Positions 47,705 through 60,957 of a stretch of 64,000 bases of DNA are shown here, piece after piece; positions within the stretch are counted from its first letter, which is position 1; each line of letters opens with the position of its first letter. The notes under the pieces are model-generated. The model saw only the letters and a program-made list of their open reading frames with translations. It had not been told where the DNA came from and ran no database searches. This stretch comes from Flavobacteriales bacterium. Its GTDB lineage: Bacteria > Bacteroidota > Bacteroidia > Flavobacteriales_D > UBA2798. A program made the position numbers and the translations under genes. The DNA is taken from assembly GCA_037443205.1 (NCBI GenBank), contig JBBIOU010000002.1, positions 118,849-182,848 on the forward strand, given 5' to 3'.

Positions 47705-47813
47705 AACTTAAACTTAAGAAAATTTAAATTATTGACTGAAATTTTACTTAAAAAGTTGCATGTGAATTTTTAAAAATCACAAAATTGCAGCTATATTTTA
47801 AAAGTTAAACTTT

Positions 47814-48152
47814 TTAACGACCGGTATTTCTTAATGTCAGGCTATCAACCACTGCTTGCATAATAGCCTCCATCTGCGGTTGATTATGGGAAAAATAATC
47901 TATTGCTTTTTCAAATTCATCCTTTGTGGTATTGTATTTTGAGAAAATTTCCAAATATCCCTGATAAGCCTTTGGGCCTACCAGCGAATCGGTAAGTGCT
48001 ACTTGCAGGCTTGATGCTTCCAGCAGATGCATTTCTATCAGCAGAGCTATTACCGTGTCTTGACTTAAGGTTTTAAATGCAGGTTCGGTTGTTTGTGTAT
48101 GTTTATTACACGATAAAAAAACAATAGCTGCAAGTAGTATTAGCGGCTTCAT
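47814..48152 (-). CDS. Small lipoprotein (DUF4296-like, tentative)
   Basis: The lipobox is VFLSC. The segment ..VIALLIEMHLLEAS.. follows. The gene overlaps the upstream M28 peptidase gene by 4 nt. Confidence 0.6.
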   Translation of the reverse strand: MKPLILLAAIVFLSCNKHTQTTEPAFKTLSQDTVIALLIEMHLLEASSLQVALTDSLVGPKAYQGYLEIFSKYNTTKDEFEKAIDYFSHNQPQMEAIMQAVVDSLTLRNTGR

Positions 48153-49423
48153 TTTACAGATAATACATCGTTAGCAAAATCTACAATCAGACGGGTTAAA
48201 TTTTCAAATGCATATAGAGTCAGATTTTCTTTTATATCAAAAATATCGTGATATGCTGTTGAACCTCCCAAGGTATAAATAAAAAATGATTTAACGCCCG
48301 CCTGGCTAAAGGGATAATGATCGCTGTTGGCGGCTTCGCCTCTTGCTTTTATTTGTGTTAGTAAATTTTGTTTATCATTAATTTGCTTGAGCAATGAAAA
48401 TTCTTCAGGGTGTTTGGTGGCATTTACCACTGTTATACCTTCTTCGCCAAAACCGGCTATGTCGGTATTAATTAAAAAACGAATATTTTTAAGTGGAAAT
48501 AAAGGTTGCTGTATATAATGAAAAGAGCCTTTAAGTCCGGCTTCTTCACCTGCAAACGCCATAAATGCTACCGAATAAGTTGGCGGATTTTGAGCATAAT
48601 ACCTTGCAATATTGAGTAATAAAGCCACCCCGCTGGCATTATCATTTGCTCCTTTAAATGTGGCATCACAACCCATTTTACCCAAATGATCGTAATGTGC
48701 AGTAAAAACAAAATAATTTTTTTTGAGTTTGTTATTACTGCCTTGTATATAAGCAATTACATTTTGTGTTTGATGTTGCGTTATAATTTTATTACTAATA
48801 TGGATGTAAATATTGTGTGCGGTAGAATCTATATGGCCGGCCAAAACTTCAATCAAGGGATTTTCCATGGCATAATCAGCAACCGACCAGGTGAGTTTTT
48901 TAGGTTCAATTTTAATTACCGGTGCTTGTTTGGTAAGTTTTATCATCAGTTGCTGATAATATTTTACTTTTTCGGCATTTTTTTCGGTGCGGTAATCAAA
49001 AGCGTAGATTACATCTTTTTTACCGTTGTTAGCTTTTAAACAAGAATCGATCTTAGCGGGGGTTACCCATACCAAACGATAGATACCCTTTGCAGAACCT
49101 GATGCTGCATCAACAATAAAATCAATGCCGGGTATTAGTTTTTTTCCACCAGCGCTGATGTGCATGCTATCCGGAAATGTATTGACCGGGTATGATAAAT
49201 GCTGAAAGTAGCTTTTACCAAATGATTTTAATTTCATTTCTGCAAATTGCCGGGCAATGTATTCAGCGGCTTTTTTATCGCCATTATTTATATAGCCCCT
49301 GCCATGCATACTATCGGCTGTGAGCGTTTCAATAATTTTAAATCCGTAATCCTTTTGACTGTAACAACATGTATTTAGAATTAAAAATAAATGATTAAAA
49401 AAAAGCAGGTGCTTAATATTCAT
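48149..49423 (-). CDS. M28 family metallopeptidase
   Basis: The motifs FTAHYDHLG, GANDNASGVA and FAGEEAGLKGS are present. The N-terminus is secreted. Confidence 0.85.
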   Translation of the reverse strand: MNIKHLLFFNHLFLILNTCCYSQKDYGFKIIETLTADSMHGRGYINNGDKKAAEYIARQFAEMKLKSFGKSYFQHLSYPVNTFPDSMHISAGGKKLIPGIDFIVDAASGSAKGIYRLVWVTPAKIDSCLKANNGKKDVIYAFDYRTEKNAEKVKYYQQLMIKLTKQAPVIKIEPKKLTWSVADYAMENPLIEVLAGHIDSTAHNIYIHISNKIITQHQTQNVIAYIQGSNNKLKKNYFVFTAHYDHLGKMGCDATFKGANDNASGVALLLNIARYYAQNPPTYSVAFMAFAGEEAGLKGSFHYIQQPLFPLKNIRFLINTDIAGFGEEGITVVNATKHPEEFSLLKQINDKQNLLTQIKARGEAANSDHYPFSQAGVKSFFIYTLGGSTAYHDIFDIKENLTLYAFENLTRLIVDFANDVLSVK

Positions 49424-49435
49424 AATATAAGTTAT

Positions 49436-50140
49436 TTATGCATATCTTCTTTCAACTAAATCGGTTAATTCCTGAACAGAAGTTGAATATAAGTCCCAGT
49501 TATACTCATTACCTAAAGTTAAGAGGTAGTTTTTTGCTTCATCTATATTAGAGAAACTATTTAATTTATCTATTGCCTGGTTGTATTTACTGTTTTCACC
49601 TTCAAATAAGTCGTTCATAAAAAGAAATTTCTGGTTTAAACCTATAGCGCTTTTTAAATCGCTTATGGGTTTTTTTTGCAATTGTTCGGCAAGACTGGTT
49701 TTTGTGCTTTTAATTTCTGCGAGCTTATCGTTTATTGAAGTTGAGTTTTGAAAATTGGCAGCAAGTTTTTCATGAATAGTTTTGTGTTCTTTTTCAATAT
49801 TATCTTTTTTTTGTTGTTCTATAACCTGCATCAGGGTCATTTGCTGTGTTTCATTTTCTTTGATAACTGAGGGTTTTTCTTTTTGATGATTATTTCCAAT
49901 ATCTGTTAAATCTAGCTTAAATCCTTCTATTACGCGCTCTTCTTGTATATTCGATGTTTCGGATAAATTATTTTCTACGGTTTTATATTGTAAAATTACC
50001 ATGCGTTCGTATAAATCACGGCATTCATCTAACAGTTTGCTAACCTCATGGGGATTTAGTTTACCGGATTCGAGTAAGTCAATCTTTTCGTGAATTATTT
50101 TTGCAAGTTCTTTCATTTTAATATATGCGTTTGCATTCAT
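49436..50140 (-). CDS. Hypothetical helical protein
   Basis: The likely start is MNANAYIKMKELAK.. at 50140. The longer track ORF running to 50248 would overlap the tdk promoter and start. The protein is rich in K, E and Q, and I recognise no family. Confidence 0.55.
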   Translation of the reverse strand: MNANAYIKMKELAKIIHEKIDLLESGKLNPHEVSKLLDECRDLYERMVILQYKTVENNLSETSNIQEERVIEGFKLDLTDIGNNHQKEKPSVIKENETQQMTLMQVIEQQKKDNIEKEHKTIHEKLAANFQNSTSINDKLAEIKSTKTSLAEQLQKKPISDLKSAIGLNQKFLFMNDLFEGENSKYNQAIDKLNSFSNIDEAKNYLLTLGNEYNWDLYSTSVQELTDLVERRYA

Positions 50141-50215
50141 GTTTTTACTTTTATCCAAAAGTAAGCCAAATTTTATAAATGTAAAAATAGCTGATAAAAT
50201 ATATCTTTGTATGAA

Positions 50216-50794
50216 ATGACAGAGCAAAACGAAAATAAAAACATACATTCCAAAGGGTGTATCGAAGTTATATGCGGCTCAATGTTTTCGGGCAAAACAG
50301 AAGAACTTATACGCAGGCTGAAGCGGGCAAAATATGCTAAACTGAAAGTAGAAATATTTAAGCCCGCCATAGACAAAAGATACCATGAAGAGATGGTTAT
50401 ATCACATGATGCAAATAAAATTGCTTCTACTCCCGTAACAAATTCGCAAGAAATATTACTGCTGGCTAACGAGGTAGATATTATAGGGATAGATGAAGCC
50501 CAGTTTTTTGACGAGGGCATAACATCGGTTTGTCAGCAACTGGCCAATAAAGGAATCCGGGTAATTGTTGCCGGATTAGACATGGATTATTTAGGTAACC
50601 CTTTTGGGCCTATACCACAGTTAATGGCTGTGGCAGAATTTGTTACAAAAGTACACGCCATTTGTGTGCGTTGTGGCGATCTGGCAAATCATTCGCATCG
50701 ATTGAAAAAGAATAAAGAATTAATTCTTTTAGGCGAAACCGAAAGTTATGAACCACTATGCAGAGCCTGTTTCAATAAAGCAAATGCCCGCTAA
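50216..50794 (+). CDS. tdk: Thymidine kinase
   Basis: The motifs [14 protein letters not shown] and IGIDEAQFF are present, with the Zn-ribbon cysteines C.RCG...CRAC. I prefer the ATG at 50216 over the TTG at 50207 used by the track. Confidence 0.93.
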   Translation: MTEQNENKNIHSKGCIEVICGSMFSGKTEELIRRLKRAKYAKLKVEIFKPAIDKRYHEEMVISHDANKIASTPVTNSQEILLLANEVDIIGIDEAQFFDEGITSVCQQLANKGIRVIVAGLDMDYLGNPFGPIPQLMAVAEFVTKVHAICVRCGDLANHSHRLKKNKELILLGETESYEPLCRACFNKANAR

Positions 50795-50796
50795 GG

Positions 50797-53265
50797 ATGT
50801 GTTATACCATTGAACAAATAGCCGAAATTATTGAGGCAAAACACAAGTTGCCGCTTGATCGGCATAATGAAATTTTATATCTGCAAACCGACAGCCGAAA
50901 AATTTTTCAACCCGAGCAAAGCATTTTTATTGCTTTGAAAGGTGAAAGACATAACGGACATGATTACATAGAGGATGTGTATCAAAAAGGCATTAAGCAT
51001 TTTATATTATCAGAGCAACCACCCAAAATTTATCAGGACGCAAATTATTTGTTTGTAACAAATACACTGGAATCACTGCACAAATTAGCAACATTTCATC
51101 GAAAAAAAAATAAGTTGCAGGTAATTGCCATAACCGGCAGTAATGGTAAAACCATTGTTAAAGAATGGTTGTATCAGTTGCTCAAAGAGGATTATAAAAT
51201 CTGTAAAAATCCCAAAAGCTATAATTCGCAAATTGGCGTACCGCTATCGGTTTGGAATATCAGCCCGTCAGATGATTACGGGATATTTGAAGCAGGTATT
51301 TCGCAACCGGGCGAAATGAGTAAACTGGAAAAAATACTATTGCCTGAAATCGGTATTTTTACTAATATCGGAGGTGCACACGCTGAAAACTTTACTGACA
51401 ATCTTCAAAAAATTGAAGAAAAATTAAAACTCTTCGTAAACGCTAAAATATTGATTTATTGCGAAGACTACCGGGATATTGATCGCCTGGTAAAAAAGCA
51501 TTTAAAAAATATAACCGGGTTTACCTGGTCGTATCAAAATAAACAGTCCTCATTGTTTATTCAATCGGTTACAAAAACAAACAATCATTCTGTAATCACT
51601 GTTGTATTTAATCAAAACGAATTTTCGTTTGAAATACCCTTTACCGATGATGCTTCCATAGAAAACTCCATCCAATGTCTTAGCTTTTTGTTATTGAACA
51701 ATTATGCAAAAGAAACCATCATAAAACGCATGTATAATTTAAGCACTGTAGAAATGCGTTTAGAACAAAAGGATGCCATCAACGGATGTACTTTAATAAA
51801 CGATTCTTACAACTCTGACATTGATTCTCTGAAAATTGCGCTTGATTATGTGTCGAACCAAAATAAATACAAAAAAACTACCTTAATTCTTTCAGATATA
51901 CTACAGAGCGGAAAAAATGAAACCGTATTATACCAAAATGTTTCTACGCTGATAAAAGAAAAAAACATTACGCGTTTAATCGGGATTGGCAATGCCATTA
52001 ACCGACACAAAGATGTATTTAGCAATGGCTTGTTTTATCGCTCTACCGAAGATTTTTTAAGAACATTTAATTTTTCGGGTTTACAAAACGAGCTAATACT
52101 TTTAAAAGGTGCCCGGACATTTAATTTTGAAAAAATAGCCGAAAAAATACAACAGAAAACTCATGAAACTGTACTCGAAATTAATTTAAATGCAGTGGTA
52201 CATAATTTAAATTATTATAAATCCAAACTGTTGCCAAAAACTAAACTAATGGTAATGGTAAAAGCCTTTGGCTATGGGAGCGGTGGCGCTGAATTAGCCA
52301 ATGTTTTGCAGTTTCATAAAGTTGATTATCTGGGGGTGGCATACGCTGATGAAGGAATAGAGTTAAGAAAATCCGGTATTTCTTTACCTATCATGGTTAT
52401 GAATCCCGAAACAGAAGCATACGACTCTATGATTGATTATAACCTGGAACCGGAAATATACAGCTTTCGGGTACTTGATTTATTTCTGAGCAAACTCGAA
52501 AAAATTTCCCTGGGTATAAAATATCCCATACATTTAAAAATAGATACCGGTATGCACCGCCTGGGATTTGTTGAAAACGAAATTGATAAATTAATTACAA
52601 AAATCTTATCTGCTACGCAACTCAAAGTAGAGAGTATATTCTCGCATTTGGCTGCTGCCGATGATTGTAACAAAGACGATTTTACCCGAAAACAAATCAA
52701 TTTATTTAAAACCCTTTCAGAAAAAATAGAAAAAGCTTTAAATTATAAAGTTTGCAAACATCTGCTTAATTCATCAGGAATAATCCGTTTTCCGGAGGCG
52801 CAGTTTAACATGGTTCGCTTAGGTATTGGTTTACACGGAATAAGCAATATTAATGAAGAAAAAAAATATTTACAGCCGGTGGCAACTTTAAAAACAACCA
52901 TCTCGCAATTAAAAAAACTTTATACAGGCGATAATGTGGGTTATGGTGCAAACACTATAGTTCCTAATGAAAAATTAATAGCCATCGTTCCTGTGGGGTA
53001 TGCTGATGGATACAACCGCGCTTTGAGCAACGGCAAAGGATACATGCTTATACGAGGACAAAAAGCACCAACGATAGGTAATATATGCATGGATATGTGT
53101 ATGCTTGACGTTACACATATCAGCGGGGTAAAAGAAGGAGACGAAGTACAGGTATTTGGCGAAAAATTACCGGTAAGCATACTTGCAGACTCTTTAAATA
53201 CAATTCCTTACGAAATATTAAGTTCTGTTTCGCATCGTGTAAAAAGGGTATATTATCAGGAATAA
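50797..53265 (+). CDS. murF-alr: Bifunctional UDP-MurNAc-tripeptide--D-alanyl-D-alanine ligase (MurF) / alanine racemase (Alr) fusion
   Basis: The N-terminal half carries the Mur ligase P-loop ITGSNGKTIVKEW. The C-terminal half, from about nt 52160, carries VMVKAFGYGSG (PLP lysine), HLKIDTGMHRLG and VGYADGY. Confidence 0.9.
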   Translation: MCYTIEQIAEIIEAKHKLPLDRHNEILYLQTDSRKIFQPEQSIFIALKGERHNGHDYIEDVYQKGIKHFILSEQPPKIYQDANYLFVTNTLESLHKLATFHRKKNKLQVIAITGSNGKTIVKEWLYQLLKEDYKICKNPKSYNSQIGVPLSVWNISPSDDYGIFEAGISQPGEMSKLEKILLPEIGIFTNIGGAHAENFTDNLQKIEEKLKLFVNAKILIYCEDYRDIDRLVKKHLKNITGFTWSYQNKQSSLFIQSVTKTNNHSVITVVFNQNEFSFEIPFTDDASIENSIQCLSFLLLNNYAKETIIKRMYNLSTVEMRLEQKDAINGCTLINDSYNSDIDSLKIALDYVSNQNKYKKTTLILSDILQSGKNETVLYQNVSTLIKEKNITRLIGIGNAINRHKDVFSNGLFYRSTEDFLRTFNFSGLQNELILLKGARTFNFEKIAEKIQQKTHETVLEINLNAVVHNLNYYKSKLLPKTKLMVMVKAFGYGSGGAELANVLQFHKVDYLGVAYADEGIELRKSGISLPIMVMNPETEAYDSMIDYNLEPEIYSFRVLDLFLSKLEKISLGIKYPIHLKIDTGMHRLGFVENEIDKLITKILSATQLKVESIFSHLAAADDCNKDDFTRKQINLFKTLSEKIEKALNYKVCKHLLNSSGIIRFPEAQFNMVRLGIGLHGISNINEEKKYLQPVATLKTTISQLKKLYTGDNVGYGANTIVPNEKLIAIVPVGYADGYNRALSNGKGYMLIRGQKAPTIGNICMDMCMLDVTHISGVKEGDEVQVFGEKLPVSILADSLNTIPYEILSSVSHRVKRVYYQE

Positions 53266-53352
53266 ACAAATTCGGCATTACAGATTTGATAAAATTCAAA
53301 ACGTCTGCACAGGAGTAAACTGGTTGTGTTGTAGCATACTTCAACTTTAAAT

Positions 53353-56559
<3,207 letters not shown>

Positions 56560-56663
56560 AATCTTAGACACTCATCTTGCCATGAAAAAAAGTCTAATAA
56601 TTTTTTTCCGATAATTATCTAACAGATATTACCATTAATTGTACATTTTAAAGAGCAAATAAC

Positions 56664-56697
56664 AAAAAGCCTCAACTGTTTAGTTGAGGCTTTTTGT
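56664..56697. terminator. Bidirectional rho-independent terminator between katG and the tRNA
   Basis: AAAAAGCCTCAACT-gttt-AGTTGAGGCTTTTT has an A-run on one side and a T-run on the other. Confidence 0.8.
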
Positions 56698-56705
56698 TAT
56701 AGACG

Positions 56706-56779
56706 TGGGCCCTGCTGGGCTCGAACCAGCGACCCTCTGATTATGAGTCAGATGCTCTAACCAGCTGAGCTAAGGGCCC
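56706..56779 (-). tRNA. tRNA with anticodon CAT; sequence features favour tRNA-Ile2 (lysidine-modified) over elongator tRNA-Met
   Basis: The 74-nt sequence GGGCCCTTAGCTCAGCTGGTTAGAGCATCTGACTCATAATCAGAGGGTCGCTGGTTCGAGCCCAGCAGGGCCCA folds into a perfect cloverleaf. CCA is not encoded. The acceptor stem (C4-G69, C5-G68) and the T-arm closely resemble E. coli ileX. Confidence 0.93.
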
Positions 56780-56858
56780 TTTATAATGCCGGTTATTAAA
56801 ACCGCATTTTTGTTTAGGGTGCGCAAAACTATAAATTCGCAAGCAATTTACAAAACCA

Positions 56859-57494
56859 ATGTTGCCAAATATGCAAAATATAAGCGCCATTATTTTTGAT
56901 TTGGGCGGAGTGATATTAAACATAGATTATAATAAACCTGCCGAACAGTTTAAAAAACTAGGGCTTGAAAATTTTTCTGAGCTATACTCTAAAGCTCAAC
57001 AAAACGGTTTATTTGACAATTTAGAAACCGGAAAAATAAATAAGCGCCAATTCTGCGAGTCTTTGCGTAATATAAGCGGCAAGTGGTTGAGTGATAAACA
57101 AATTATTGATGCCTGGAACAGTTTATTACTTGATTTGCCTGCGGAAAGAATGGAATTGCTCTTTAAGCTGAAAAAAAAATTTAAACTTTACTTATTAAGT
57201 AATACCAACGAAATTCATGTGGATTATTTTGAAAACTATATAGAAAAACAATATGGCAGCTTCATATTTAAAGAAATATTTACAAAATACTATTATTCGC
57301 ATCAACTCGGATACCGAAAGCCTGATAAAGTGTGTTTTGAATATGTATTACACAAGAATAATTTAAATCCGCAGGAAACATTATTTATTGACGATAGCTT
57401 GCAACATATAGAAGGGGCTAAAAGTTGCGGAATCATAACCCGGCATTTAGCAAATGGCGAAGATATTATTACTGTTTTTGATACTTTATTATAG
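56859..57494 (+). CDS. HAD-superfamily hydrolase (subfamily IA-like)
   Basis: Motif I is IIFDLGGVI, motif II is LLSNTN, and the C-terminal motif is FIDDS. Confidence 0.82.
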   Translation: MLPNMQNISAIIFDLGGVILNIDYNKPAEQFKKLGLENFSELYSKAQQNGLFDNLETGKINKRQFCESLRNISGKWLSDKQIIDAWNSLLLDLPAERMELLFKLKKKFKLYLLSNTNEIHVDYFENYIEKQYGSFIFKEIFTKYYYSHQLGYRKPDKVCFEYVLHKNNLNPQETLFIDDSLQHIEGAKSCGIITRHLANGEDIITVFDTLL

Positions 57495-57495
57495 C

Positions 57496-59292
57496 TTAAT
57501 TTTTCTGTGCGCGTTTGCGGTCTTCGGCATTTAATAAAATTTTACGCAGTCGAATATTTTGGGGAGTAACCTCAACATATTCATCGGCCTGGATATACTC
57601 AAGGGCTTCTTCTAATGTAAACTTAATGGGTGGTGCAATGCGCATTTTATCGTCTGAGCCGGCCGCCCGAACATTGCTTAATTTTTTTGTTTTAGTAACA
57701 TTAACCGTCAAATCTCCCGGGCGGTTGTTTTCTCCTATTACCTGGCCTTCGTAAACAGGTTCATTTATTTCAACAAAAAATTTTCCTCTGTCTTGCAAAG
57801 CATTCAGAGAATAGGCAATGGCATTACCGTTTTCCATTGATATTAATGAGCCGTTTTGTCTGCCTGGTATTTCTCCTTTATATGGCTGATACTCAATAAA
57901 ACGATGGGTAACAACCGCTTCGCCCGAAGTTGCCGTTAATAAATTATTTCTCAGTCCGATTAATCCTCGCGATGGTATGGTAAATTGTAAAATCATGCGA
58001 TCGCCTTTAGGATACATAGACTGCATTTCGCCTTTGCGAACCGACACCATTTCAATTGCTTTTCCTGCATGTTCTTCAGGCAAGTCTATTGTTAATTCTT
58101 CTATAGGTTCGCATTTTATGCCATCTATTGTTTTAATAATCACCTGCGGTTGTCCGATTTGCAACTCGTATCCTTCTCTGCGCATAGTTTCAATTAATAC
58201 GCTCAAATGTAATACCCCTCTACCGGATACTAAAAACGAATCAGCCGAGCCTGTTTCTGAAAGGCGCAGCGCAAGGTTTTTTTCAAGTTCTTTTTCCAGT
58301 CGTTCTTTAATATGGCGCGATGTTACAAACTTTCCCTCCTTACCAAAAAAAGGAGAATTATTAATGGTAAAGAGCATACTCATAGTTGGTTCTTCTATGG
58401 CAATAGCCGGCAGAGGCTCGGGGTTATCAAAGTCGGCTATGGTATCGCCTATTTCGAAGCCCTCTATGCCTACCAATGCACAAATATCACCGGCTTTTAC
58501 TTCTTCTACTTTCATTTTTTCGAATCCTTCAAACACAAAAATATCTTTGATGCGGTGTTTAGTAATTTGACCATTGCGTTTAATTAAACTAACCTGTTGA
58601 CCTGCTTTTAGCATTCCTCTTTGCAAACGACCAATGGCATAACGACCTATATATTTAGAATAATCAAGCGAAGTAACGAGCATTTGCGGAGTGCCTTCGG
58701 ATACACGGGGAGCCGGAATATGATTGATAATGGTTTCAAATAGTATTTCAATGTTGTCGGTAGGTTTTTTCCAGTCATTACTCATCCATCCGTTTTTAGC
58801 CGACCCGTAAAGTACCGGAAAATTAAGTTGTTCATCCGTAGCCTCTAAATTAATCATGAGTTCAAATACTGACTCGTAAGCTTCTTCGGGTGTGCAATTA
58901 AGTTTATCTACTTTGTTTACTACCAGGATGGGTTTTAGCCCTAGCTGCAAGGCTTTTTGAGTAACAAAACGTGTTTGCGGCATAGGCCCTTCAAATGCAT
59001 CTACCAATAATAATACGCCATCTGCCATGTTAAGCACGCGTTCTACCTCTCCACCAAAATCAGCGTGTCCCGGGGTGTCTATGATATTTATTTTATAATT
59101 TTTGTAGCGTACGGATACGTTTTTAGCCAGGATGGTAATTCCTCTTTCGCGCTCTAAATCATTAGAATCCATTATCAATTCGCCAGGTGTTTCGTGGTCT
59201 TTAAAGAGTTTACCGGCAAAAAGCATTTTATCAACCAATGTAGTTTTGCCATGGTCAACATGAGCAATAATTGCGATGTTACGTAAATTCAT
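57496..59292 (-). CDS. typA: Translational GTPase TypA/BipA
   Basis: The N-terminus reads [19 protein letters not shown], with [14 protein letters not shown] and NKVD following. The protein is 598 aa. Confidence 0.96.
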   Translation of the reverse strand: MNLRNIAIIAHVDHGKTTLVDKMLFAGKLFKDHETPGELIMDSNDLERERGITILAKNVSVRYKNYKINIIDTPGHADFGGEVERVLNMADGVLLLVDAFEGPMPQTRFVTQKALQLGLKPILVVNKVDKLNCTPEEAYESVFELMINLEATDEQLNFPVLYGSAKNGWMSNDWKKPTDNIEILFETIINHIPAPRVSEGTPQMLVTSLDYSKYIGRYAIGRLQRGMLKAGQQVSLIKRNGQITKHRIKDIFVFEGFEKMKVEEVKAGDICALVGIEGFEIGDTIADFDNPEPLPAIAIEEPTMSMLFTINNSPFFGKEGKFVTSRHIKERLEKELEKNLALRLSETGSADSFLVSGRGVLHLSVLIETMRREGYELQIGQPQVIIKTIDGIKCEPIEELTIDLPEEHAGKAIEMVSVRKGEMQSMYPKGDRMILQFTIPSRGLIGLRNNLLTATSGEAVVTHRFIEYQPYKGEIPGRQNGSLISMENGNAIAYSLNALQDRGKFFVEINEPVYEGQVIGENNRPGDLTVNVTKTKKLSNVRAAGSDDKMRIAPPIKFTLEEALEYIQADEYVEVTPQNIRLRKILLNAEDRKRAQKN

Positions 59293-59309
59293 CTTAAAAA
59301 ATTAAGGCG

Positions 59310-59317
59310 CAAAGGTA
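59310..59317 (-). promoter_or_regulatory. -7 box TACCTTTG (extended TACCTTTGCGC) upstream of typA
   Basis: The minus-strand sequence TACCTTTGCGC lies about 17 nt upstream of the typA ATG at 59292. Confidence 0.45.
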
Positions 59318-59362
59318 AATATAAATCATCCTTAAATGCCATCTCTGATAAAATTTATGTGC

Positions 59363-60121
59363 TTATTTGTTTGAATCGGAGTGTTCAGTATTTTTTTTAG
59401 CGTTTCTATGGTCTAAATTATGATTGATTATAATATGGAGCGCATGATTGCTGTTATAGTCCCAAGCTGTATTTCGGTACTGCAATATATGCATATAAGC
59501 AATGTTTAAATTTATTTGATCTGTAAAATTAAACTTTAAGCCGGCTTGTATTCTGTTTTGCTGAAAATCAATCGGAGAAATATTTCTTAAGTAATAGCCA
59601 AACTGAAACATGATTTCTTCCTGCAATATAAAATCAAGTTTTTTTGAAAGGTGTTTGTGCCAGGAAAAAGCAAAACGCATACGGATATAAAAGCCGTCTT
59701 CGCGAAAATAGTTATAAAGAAATTTTCTTTCTTCCAACCTGAATCTAAAAAAAATATCTCTGTTATCATTTTTATCGGCAAAGAGTAATTGCTGCCATAA
59801 TCTGTGCTCAAAACGTATTCTTCGCGAATCATCCCGCCCGGGCACCATAAAAGCATAGCCGGCACTTAGCGTTAATGAGGGTGATTGATAATAATTAATC
59901 CCAAATCTGCCAAGAGATTGAAAGTGATTATTGATAAATGCTCCTCTGCGATGATTTATGTCCAGGCTGTAACCCCACTTATCGGTGGCTCGGTATTGCA
60001 AATTATAAGCAAGCCAAATTTGCTCATCTGTATAGAATATGTACTGCGGGCGTTGAGCTTGTGAATTAGCAAAAAGAGCAGTAAAGAAAAATGATAAAAT
60101 AATTATATAACGCAAAAGCAT
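59363..60121 (-). CDS. Outer-membrane-like protein (DUF2490-like, tentative)
   Basis: The likely start is MLLRYIIILSFFFTALFANSQA, a signal peptide at aa 79 of the track ORF. The upstream part of the track ORF overlaps ttcA on the other strand. The sequence is rich in aromatic residues and arginine, for example FRFRLEER. Confidence 0.65.
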   Translation of the reverse strand: MLLRYIIILSFFFTALFANSQAQRPQYIFYTDEQIWLAYNLQYRATDKWGYSLDINHRRGAFINNHFQSLGRFGINYYQSPSLTLSAGYAFMVPGRDDSRRIRFEHRLWQQLLFADKNDNRDIFFRFRLEERKFLYNYFREDGFYIRMRFAFSWHKHLSKKLDFILQEEIMFQFGYYLRNISPIDFQQNRIQAGLKFNFTDQINLNIAYMHILQYRNTAWDYNSNHALHIIINHNLDHRNAKKNTEHSDSNK

Positions 60122-60157
60122 GGCATCTATTAATGTGCAAATATATAACTTTGCTGT

Positions 60158-60952
60158 ATGCATAACCCGCCTATACTGAAAACAAATACAGATATTGATA
60201 AAATTGCTCATCGCATACGCAAAAATGTTTGGCAAGCAATCAATGATTATAACATGATAGTGCCGGGCGATAAAGTTATGGTTTGTATTTCGGGAGGAAA
60301 AGATAGTTATACCTTGCTGGATATATTGCTGCATATTCAGCTTGCCATGCAGCATAGTTTTGAAATTATTGCCGTAAATTTAGATCAAAAGCAACCCGGT
60401 TTTCCGGAGCATATCTTGCCGGAATATTTAGCCTCCATCAACGTACCTTTTAAAATAATTGAACGTGATACATACAGCATAGTTAAAGAAAAAATACCCG
60501 AAGGTAAAACCATGTGTAGTTTATGTTCGCGCTTGCGCAGGGGAATATTATATGATGCAGCCAGCGAAATGGGTGTAACAAAAATTGCTTTAGGTCATCA
60601 TCAAAACGATATTATTGAAACTTTTTTTCTAAACCTGTTTTTTGCCGGTAAAACTGAGGCTATGCCGGCTATTTATAAAACGGATGATAAAAGACATATT
60701 GTAATTCGTCCCTTGGCTTATTGCAAAGAGAAAGATATTGCTATATATGCCCAACACAAAGCTTTTCCGGTTATACCGTGTAATTTATGCGGCTCGCAAG
60801 AAAATTTGCAGCGCAAAAAAATAAAAGAAATGATGAGTGAATGGGAAAAAATATATCCTGATAGAAATGAGATTATTTTTACGGCATTAAAAAATATACA
60901 TCCTTCACATTTATTTGATAAAAAATTGTATGATTTTAATAATTTAATGTAG
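60158..60952 (+). CDS. ttcA: tRNA 2-thiocytidine(32) synthetase
   Basis: The PP-loop is VCISGGKDS. The Fe-S cysteines lie in [10 protein letters not shown] and CNLCGSQ. Confidence 0.9.
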   Translation: MHNPPILKTNTDIDKIAHRIRKNVWQAINDYNMIVPGDKVMVCISGGKDSYTLLDILLHIQLAMQHSFEIIAVNLDQKQPGFPEHILPEYLASINVPFKIIERDTYSIVKEKIPEGKTMCSLCSRLRRGILYDAASEMGVTKIALGHHQNDIIETFFLNLFFAGKTEAMPAIYKTDDKRHIVIRPLAYCKEKDIAIYAQHKAFPVIPCNLCGSQENLQRKKIKEMMSEWEKIYPDRNEIIFTALKNIHPSHLFDKKLYDFNNLM

Positions 60953-60957
60953 ATTGA

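Noticed and set aside
57977-58587. Plus-strand ORFs of 197 aa and 91 aa inside typA
   Set aside because: These are antisense shadow ORFs of a conserved GTPase gene.
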